DNA of 64,000 bases, taken from contig CM074816.1 of assembly GCA_037447605.1 (NCBI GenBank), positions 1,888,525 to 1,952,524 on the forward strand, given 5' to 3'. Below are positions 55,801 through 64,000 of this stretch, one piece after another (positions within the stretch are counted from its first letter, which is position 1; the number at the start of each line of letters is the position of its first letter). The notes beneath the pieces are model-generated. The model was not told the origin of the DNA and did no database searches. It saw nothing but the letters and a program-made list of their open reading frames with translations. The position numbers and the translations under genes were made by a program. The stretch is from Zygnema circumcarinatum SAG 698-1b. Its lineage: Eukaryota; Plantae; Zygnematophyceae.

Positions 55801-58800
55801 ATTTATAGTACTTTTGAGGGTAGTAAGACCTCATTAAGTGGATCGCAAATCGCAAAATTTCACTGGAGGACGGAAGTCTGTCTGCATGTGTCCAGGTGGC
55901 GTTATTTCATTTGTTCCCGACCTTCCCGAGGAGCTTCTTACGGGTGGTGCACATACAGTGGAATCTCACTTTGCCCTTGTTAACCATCAGGTAGGCTGCT
56001 TTCTCGTAACGAGGATTTCTGGAGAAAGCAGTAGTAAAGGCCAAAACAGGATAAAATAAAACAGGAGTGAGATCTGTAAAGCAGTAAGGAGGATTAAATG
56101 TGTTATATGAGGAATTTGGGTCTGATACTTGTTGAATACTATCTTTTTCTTTGTGTTTTCTAAACGTTGGGGTTTGGAGGATGGAAATGCTGCAGCTCAA
56201 GCAAATACGATCGGCCTTAGCAATCGCGACAATTCTGGAACGAACTTTGGTATGTGGGTATAATTGAACCCCCTCTTCTCCTCCTTTACCTGCAAAGCGC
56301 AAGCATTCTTACTTCAAAAGCTTGACTTAAATATTTCACAATGCATCCAAGCCTTTTTGCAAAGGAAGAACCGTTGAAGCTCTCCATTCCTCTCTTGCCT
56401 TTTGGCTTTTATGTGTTATTGTCGTAACCATAGGTCCCTCGAGGCTCGTCTCACTCTCCCCTTGTCACATATTCGAATTCCATAGTGCTTTTTCGTTCTG
56501 CCTCAACCTTTTTTTCGTTTCTCCTTTTTCTTAGAGTTTTGCACCTTTTCTGGCCAAGCGCATCCACTCCCTTGCTCATTCGAAACGGTCCCCTTCCTTA
56601 CAATATCTGCTGAAGTTCTTTCTTCCTGTCCCTCTCCCAACACTGAAATATGCCACCTCATACGCTGCGCTTTTTATCATCTTCTATCCCCAGTCAATGA
56701 TGTGCCGCGATCCAAACTTGTACCGATAGTTTCAAACCTTAGTCTCCTTGAGCTCCCTCCCGTACATTCCTATATTAATATCTACATCAACATCGACATC
56801 AATATTATTACCAATATCGATATCTATGTCAATGCCAACGATCAAATGTCAATGCCAACGATCAAATGTCAATGCCAACGATCAAATGTTTATGTCAACG
56901 TCAATGTCGAGGGCAATGTGAATGTCAATATTCCTAGCAATATCAATATCATTGTAAATTGACATGATCTGTCTGCTTGCAGGTCTTCCCTGAGTTGTGG
57001 TGCCGCTTTGACCGCATGTGGTATCCGCACCCCGGAATCCTTCCCGGCACCGCCACCCCCCAGCCCCTGCTGTGCCCCCTGGACCAGGTCTTCCAGGTCA
57101 GTGTTCATGGGGGGCATGACATGACATGGCATGGCATGGCATGGCATGGCATGGCATGACATGCCAACGCCATGCCATGGCTGAACCATTCATCGCCATG
57201 AAGGGTCCCAGGGGCCTCCTCCATTGTGGGTCCAGTTTTGGCAGGCACTGGCAGGGCTTCTGAGTGGCATCAATACTCCTCAGCCATTGTTGGCGCCCCT
57301 GGATTGTGTCTTCTTAGTCAATGATCAGTCAAGGAAATGGTTAAGAGGACGGACATGTTCACAGAGAAGCTGTAAAGGTTTGCAAAGTGAGGAACATAAC
57401 TTTTTGGTTGCAGCTGCTTAATCTAATGCAGCTTATTTTCGGTCTTTGGGGGTCACACAGATACACAACATGGTCAGTGGTGCCCTTCCGGAAGGGGAGT
57501 TCGGCCCAGACATTCCTTTTCGCGAATATTCGTTTTTAGAGAATCCACTGCTGCCAGAATATGTAAGTTGTCCTGAAAAACATTGTGTTAAACGGGTGGT
57601 TCAGGCGGGGAGGAGAGAGTGAGGGAGCGAGAGAGACAGAGAGAGACAGAGAAGGTTGTATATCGGTGGCATGAATGTCTTTTGGGTTATATCTCTCGTA
57701 CTGCAATCATTTCACTGTCCTTGTAATCCCATGCTTCTGATGACAGTGATGATCTATCTTGTTACAAAAGTAAGATCATCACATCGACTCTGTCGAGGTG
57801 CTTGTTTCTTTTGTTGACTTTGAAAAGTGGACGAAAGAGGGATGCCGATGGGTTTGTGCCACAGGTTCGATCATCAAAACTTTCGGTTCAGCTCTGTACT
57901 AAGGGGCAGGAGGGATGCCCAAATTCTCCTGCTCCAGGGGCTAACAGTATTCTGCAGTTGCCTAGAGGCAGCACACAACGGGAGGTGAGGTTCGACTTCA
58001 ATCCCTCTCCTACTTTTCAATATATGAATTTGCTGCTTTAGTCCGATATTAACTAACATGAAATTGGGCTTTATTATTGGGACTGCTAATGCTGCAGATT
58101 CTTGAGATATTGACACCCTTCCAAGATGTCAAAGTTTTGGAATTTGCATCAATGTTGGACGTTTTCAGCGGGTGGACCAATGTGGTAGGCCTCTCCGTCT
58201 CTTCTCCTACAATGATATGTCATGCAGATTTGACTTTTTCTTATGCCCAAAGAATGAGAGAGGGAGGGAGGGAGGGAGGGAGGGAGGGATGGATGGAGGG
58301 AGGGGGTGGCCATGAAGTGAGAGTCTATAACATTATTTTCCCCTCCTTCAAGCCCAATCGTCATCAGTTCGGGTCAAGTGAAAAAGAAATGATCAAGATG
58401 ATTGCTCGTCTGGTCATAGCTAGAATCCGAGAAGTGGGGGACTACGTTATAACCTTGGAAAAGGCTATGATTTAAATGTTGAAGTCGTATTCTCAGCAAG
58501 TAAAGCATTGCGACGGACCTTCTGATTCTATTAGCCAGTAAAAATACCAGGAGTTTTTTTTTCCCAGGATTTTTTATCTTTTGTGGGCCAGTGCACATGT
58601 AGCCCCTGTTCAGACCCTTCTTTTAATGTTTTTCGGATCTTTAGGTATGTTTGGTTTGGCTCTTAAAAAGAAAGAAATTACTGGCGGTCACTGGAAGTCA
58701 CCAGTGAGCACAGGTCCTCAGAAGTTCAGGTTCATTTATTGAGCTCCGCTTGGGTGTAGTTTCGTAGGTCTACACAAGGGACAGGGTTTGGATTGGGTAG

Positions 58801-59228
58801 ATTCTGTTCGACCCAAACTCCTTAATTATGGTCGCCTTTGCCCTGTACTTTGCATATCCCTGGCGGTTGATTGGACGTCGACCTCAAACATGTTTTATCA
58901 AAATTTGACCAACTGATTGAGCAATCGACACTGAACTGATTGATGTGATCGACTGACTGAACTCATTGTTGTCCAATCAAACCGACTGACATGCCAACCG
59001 ACCGATCGACTGACTCACTGACTGACCTACTCTCTAACCAACCGGCTGCGTTCCTTTTTGCAGGAGCAAGAAAGAAAATTCAACCAGCGAGTGAAGTTGT
59101 ATGTGGGCATATGGTGCTGCGTAAACGCTCATCCCGGGCACATTTATTACGATATGTTTGCAGACCAGAAAGAGGGGTGGCTTCCAAAACCCCCCGCGAG
59201 CCCTTCTGAAGACCACCCTCCAGTCTGA
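52815..59228 (+). CDS. XEG113: GT77 nucleotide-diphospho-sugar transferase, extensin beta-arabinosyltransferase XEG113-like
   Basis: Signal anchor, NNVIVVTFANFAFMDFVVNWVRHL, WGTPIFHKMGREK, DTDMVW, WDQNAFND, FCSGHTYFVQ, HTTFQYAGTPGKRHRLREA, YVGIWCC..HPGHIYYDM, EDHPPV*. Stop at 59226-59228. Confidence 0.92.
56826..56889. repeat. 20-bp tandem repeat (atgtcaatgccaacgatcaa) x3 within a degenerate 6-bp-periodic intronic tract; (CATGG)n at 57125-57180
   Basis: Direct reading. Confidence 0.9.
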
Positions 59229-60113
59229 CTTGGGATCCTTCCTCCCTCCCTCCCGTCTGTATTTGGGCCCTTCTGGAGAAGCAGAGACTAACCAAAATTA
59301 TAAAATATTTCCAGAAACGGTCCTCTTTCAGAATAGAAATGGGTACAGAATCGCTACTGGTGAAGGATATAGAGGTGGTCGACAGAAGTGCGGGTCCTAG
59401 CGTTACCTTCCTTCCGCCGCCTCCCTTTTTACGTTTTTTTTTTAAATAACTTGTTCAAAGAAAATGAATATCGAGGAAGCCGACTTGCGCCGTTGTGTTC
59501 AGCTTGGAACGAGAGGATTGTTCTACGGATGACATTGAAAAATTCAAGTCGAGATGGGAGCACGAGTTGACATTACAAGAATGTAATTGAGGTGTCTAAC
59601 TGTAGTAGACTTATGATTTTGACGCTCGTCCTTCGCAAACTTAGTGTTTCTCAGGCTTTCTGCAGAATTAGTGCAAAACAGAGTTCAAAGCAGTTACTTG
59701 TCCTAGTTTGCCCTTCGGCTGTTCTGAAATTTCTGAATGTTCAAATTATTTTTTTGGTTCCGAATACATGAGTAGGTGAGCACTGCCAGCTATGCCCAAA
59801 AATGACGGGCACCTCTTTTTTCTTAACTATTTTTTATTTCTGTGCATTACGTTATAATCGCCTACACTATCACATGCCCAATCCAGAATTTCAGCTGTTT
59901 GTGTCCATGATAGTTGAAAGGCAGTGAGAAACTCGAACAATACTGTTGTATCTAAATGCAGCAAAAGAATGAATTTGCTGTTAATCCTGCAGAAGTAGAA
60001 TAGCTGCAAAAGTTGCAAGATGTTCCGTAAGAAGCTATTACTCACTTGTTTACGGAAATCCTGAAATGCGCCTTTGGTACTGGATAACTTAGGATGCAAG
60101 CTCAAATTTGACC

Positions 60114-61421
60114 TCACAGAGGTCTGTCTTTCATCATCGCTAAGATCAGTCGAATAGCGTAGTCAGGTAAAAGTGCAGACATCGCCATCCGAGTGAGCCG
60201 AAAGGCCAACGATTGGAAGAAACCGATCGCAAAGCGGAGCTTATCCCAACTGCATCCCATCCTCAGGCAGCAACATGATATGCGTATGAATCGCAACGTC
60301 TGCATTCTTGACTGCTCTGTTGAACGGAAAGGGGATGAGTGCAGAAGCAATAGACAGTGAAAAAAACCAATTGATTGCAATGGACAACTTCTTTGAGCCG
60401 TGCATTTTTAAAAGCTACTTGCAATGACCTTCGCCCTCTAGAGAATCCGCGACGCATTTGTAACAAAGTGGTTTCCATTATCCGAAGAATCTTTGAATAT
60501 AATTGCTCACCTGTAAAGGTCGCCAATAACTGGCATGATGCAGAGTATGGGAGATCTTTGAAAGAAGTCACGCTGTATTTTGATTCGTTTTAGTTTCCTC
60601 CGAGATGCTGCCTGCGAAGAAACGCCACTTGCAAGAGTCTGCGTAAGGGCTAGTTAAACCGTGGGCATGGAAATCACAGCAACCTGGCAGATCGTTTGAC
60701 TTCCGCCTTAAAGTAGCAGCTTTCAAACTCATTACCTTATTTAGACCATTCTCATCGGGCTCATAATCTTCCAGCTCAAGGAGAGTGATGAACTCCAGTT
60801 CTGCTTCGAACCAGAGACGCACGGGTGGCCTCACAATCACCTTCATATGTAAAGTGATAGTGTCCGTTTTATCATCGTATGCAATGAGTTCAAAATTAAC
60901 TCTTTGATAGTTCAAAGCTGTCTCCGCAAACTGCCACATTCCAACAAGAAATAATGCCAGAAAGCAGGGGAGGGCGAAGGGGAAAGGTAAGAAAAGGTTC
61001 AAATCCTGTGGAGCAGCTAGAACAAGTATAAAACAGCACGAGGTTGCAGGGCTTGATTTTTTTATATTCTCCTACGAATTTCTCAGCCTTATCCCCCTCC
61101 TTGTGAGGGGCCATTGCTGGCAAGCTTCGTGATCCATATAAGACAGGCTGGCACGTTGACATGCATTAGTTGCAAACGAAAAGCAAAAGAAACGATTTCA
61201 TAAGGAAGCGACATTCATCGGGGCATCGAGGACATAAAATAGCGCACAATCACCTGATAGATTGCTGTAAGCTCATCCAAACCGTGCGTGTCGATGTAAT
61301 AGTGATAAAACGTCACATTTGGTGAGAAGTATTTCCTGAGCACGGCCGCCTGCTGCTCAAGCGTTGGCCGGGTCACCAGACCCCTCACCACATCAGCGAT
61401 CTCGGTCCTCGGATCCTCCAT
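60114..61421 (-). CDS. NTF2/SnoaL-like fold protein resembling a fungal uncharacterised family
   Basis: MEDPRTEIADVVRGL..QQAAVLRKYFSPNVTFYH; exon 2 IAYDDKTDTITLHM..FITLLELE; exon 3 RIKIQRDFFQ; last exon ends MKDRPL*. The 3' end is uncertain. Confidence 0.65.
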
Positions 61422-62860
61422 GGCTTCCAGAACAGCGCCTTCCAGGCAGGCAGCGAGCCCTTCCAAGAGCTCTCCCTTCTTTCTAAACTTTCTCCCCGGC
61501 AAGGGCGTTTCACAAGCAGGTCGCTTTCTCTGTTTCTTTGGGCCGCTCGCGGATGACGTGGATCAATTGCAGTACGTCGCGTGACAAGCTGTCCGACGTG
61601 GAGATCTCTGATTGGCCGTTCGTTAACTGCTTAAAAATGTATTGTTGCTGCCTGCCACGTGGTAGGAATCTGGAACTACTTCGACGAGGAGGATTATTAC
61701 GTCGCCACGTGGCAGCTCCTCGGTCCAAATCCTGTCACGTGGTAACGGAGCGCCACAGCGAATAGTGGCGAGCAACTGCCCGTTCAACGGCCAGTTTGCA
61801 TGGGCGGGGACTTTCTTTGTGGCCGCCAGTTCTGAATTCGTCCAGCACATAGAAGGGACCGCCGTTTTGGCTTTGACATTCAGTAAAGTACCGTATCGAG
61901 AAAAAGTAGAATTAGAAAGTACATGCTTTATAACGAGTATTAGAGTACTGTAACTGTAACTTACTTTGCCAAGCCAAACAAAGCCAAACTTACTGTAACT
62001 GTAAGAGCCAAAATCCAAACGAACAGTTTTCGAAGTGAAGTAAATCTCGAAAATCAAATGTCAAAATCTGACACTACCTCCTGTTTTGCGCACTTCATCA
62101 TGCATCGCAAGGATTGTCAAAGGGAGCCATTTCGCAGATTTCAAGGTGTGCCTTGATACGAAGCGAAATGTACAAACTGCAAACAGCAATCGCTTTTCTT
62201 ATTAGTTCTTTTATCTTTGCTTGGGACTATATCCACCTTGAACCGCAGTCATATATTAGAAGTGATGTGGCGTTGATCTCACGATGGCGATGCCATCAAA
62301 TGTACATGGACAAAATCATCACAGGGAACCACGAGGTACTGGCCGCAAATGACCTAGACAAAAGAAAAAACCTAGGAGCTGACAGCCTACAGCTATGCCT
62401 AGGCTTAACAACGCAGCCCTCCCTAGAAGCAGCCGCGAAAGTCGCCGATGGAGGACACATCGCGCGGAGGGAGGGAGGGAGGGAGGGAGGGAGGGAGGGA
62501 TCGCCGGAAGTCCAAAAAAAACCATAAAAACAAACTAGTCGGCCGCGTCATGGTGGGCATACAGTATGTGCGCTCCTTGCGGAAGGCCGCATCACAAGCA
62601 GCGACACCTTCATGGTGCGTTACACGCGACGATAAATCGCAGCAGTCATACTTTTATTCTTACTTGCGCATGTACAAAAACTTATGATCGGTAATAGGAG
62701 GCAGTACTTTACGAAACCGATTTGATGTCGTCTCAGAATAGAATCTTTATTTTCCCTATCGGCTAAAACTTCTTCCTTATGCATGCTGGTCTTTTATCAG
62801 CCATCATCCTCCAATCCACTCCCTCCTTGAGAAGTAGAAGCGCTTCTGCAGTCCTTCGCT

Positions 62861-63609
62861 TCACTTCTCCAATCCAAGCCTCTTGTGCCAGTCTGCAATA
62901 CTCTCCTTCGGGTACTCGTCAAATTTTTGGTCGTTGGGTCCAAAGCATGGCTCCATCCATACTGGCTTCGAGTTCAACATGATGTGTGTCCTCTCCGGAG
63001 GCACAGGGAGTTCTGTGTCGATTGCCGATGCATGGGGATGCACGAGTTCAGGCCAGCGGGGGTCATAGAGCCAGAGGGGAGAGCCACATAGTTTGCAGAA
63101 GTTGCGCTGTGCCGGACTAACCTGCACATCCAAGTTTTCCATCCTTGAAAGCGTTTACATCATTGTGGTGAAAAAAAGGAGAAAATGGTATACTTGCTCA
63201 TTTTGACGTGTGTGAGGATACCCAAGGGAAGCCCTGAAGACAATTGATTACCGCGGAATTTTAGCCAGACCATCGTAAATAATCAGGTATTCGAGAAAGA
63301 GAGGAAGGGAAAGGGGAAGGAAAATGAATCGAGGACAGGCGGGGAGAGAAAAGGAGAGAGAGCGGGGGAGAGATATAGAGACAAAACAGTGGAAAAGAAC
63401 AGAATCATGTAATACAATCAAAGCTTTACCGTAATTGTTACAGCACGTACCACTTTTGATTTTCCATTTGTGGATTTTTTCAAAACGGCATTATAGACTC
63501 CCAGATTCTCCTTGCCATGGATCGTCATGCTGTTGTAGTCACCTGCAATGTTGATGACAACTCCTCCGGCACCGGCTGTCTTGCGGCAGATGCCGCAGTA
63601 GCAAAGCTG
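62861..63609 (-). CDS. GFA/CENP-V-like zinc-binding protein, 5'-partial (first exon(s) not identified in the window)
   Basis: LCYCGICRKTAGAGGVVINI, RNFCKLCGSPLWLYDPRWPELVHPHASAIDT, FDEYPKESIADWH. Exons ~63457-63609 and 62861-63121. Confidence 0.85.
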
Positions 63610-64000
63610 CATGGAACTCCCTAAAAAACTGTCGGCATGCAACACTGGGTCCGTGACTATACAGCTGCCTACATTCTTCCGTCTGCTAGACACTCAAGGA
63701 ATGCGTTTGGTCCAGCAGAAATTGAAATGCTTTTTGTAATTTTTGAATTCAAGAATGCTTTCGTCAACATATCAATATCGATTAGTGCACATATGATTTT
63801 GAACAATAAAGAGCTGACACCTAAAGAAAAATAGTCACTGTTCCCGTTATCTAGGTTAAAATTCGAAACGTCTCCAGCAAACGGAAAGGAAAAAGAAACG
63901 ATTCCATTACTATTATTATTAGTTACAATTGCGCCTTGCGTCTTCCGAAATTCAAAGACGCAGCCACTCTCTGCAAGATTCCAACCACGTCGCATCTTCC

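Noticed and set aside
62114-62527. 137-aa plus-strand ORF between the NTF2-like and GFA genes
   Set aside because: Non-ATG start, ends in a (GGGA)n repeat, and has no recognisable domain.

Overview
Gene-dense, intron-rich nuclear DNA from a green plant. A streptophyte alga or early-diverging land plant is the most likely source, inferred from plant-type CHL27, GT47/GT77 arabinosyltransferases and ZOP1 occurring alongside a canonical Pif1 and an Akt/SGK-like kinase. I reconstructed 15 spliced protein-coding genes by hand using GT-AG junctions and frame continuity: a TH1/PH-AGC kinase, an unknown repeat-containing membrane protein, an ARAD-like GT47, a membrane-anchored cyclophilin, two tandem gamma-glutamyl hydrolases, PIF1, CHL27/CRD1, ZOP1, a LYC1-like GNAT, ECR/CER10, a cytochrome b561, XEG113, an NTF2-like protein and a partial GFA/CENP-V protein. 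Intergenic and intronic DNA carries a Tc1/mariner-type MITE with a TA duplication, two ~1 kb elements with ~280-340 bp inverted arms (one with an 8-bp TSD), a 213-nt foldback, several minisatellites, degenerate (CCCTAA)n tracts and long CT/GA tracts. The most notable observations are: a myosin-I-TH1-like domain fused to an AGC kinase that lacks turn- and hydrophobic-motif phosphosites; a divergent in-frame duplicate exon in XEG113; an RPA32-binding-like helix on Pif1; a recurrent CCAAT-N9-CCACG module carried by transposon arms; purine-rich splice acceptors; and three genes that resemble fungal/bacterial families. All family assignments come from motif recognition, not database searches. No rRNA, tRNA or CRISPR array was seen.
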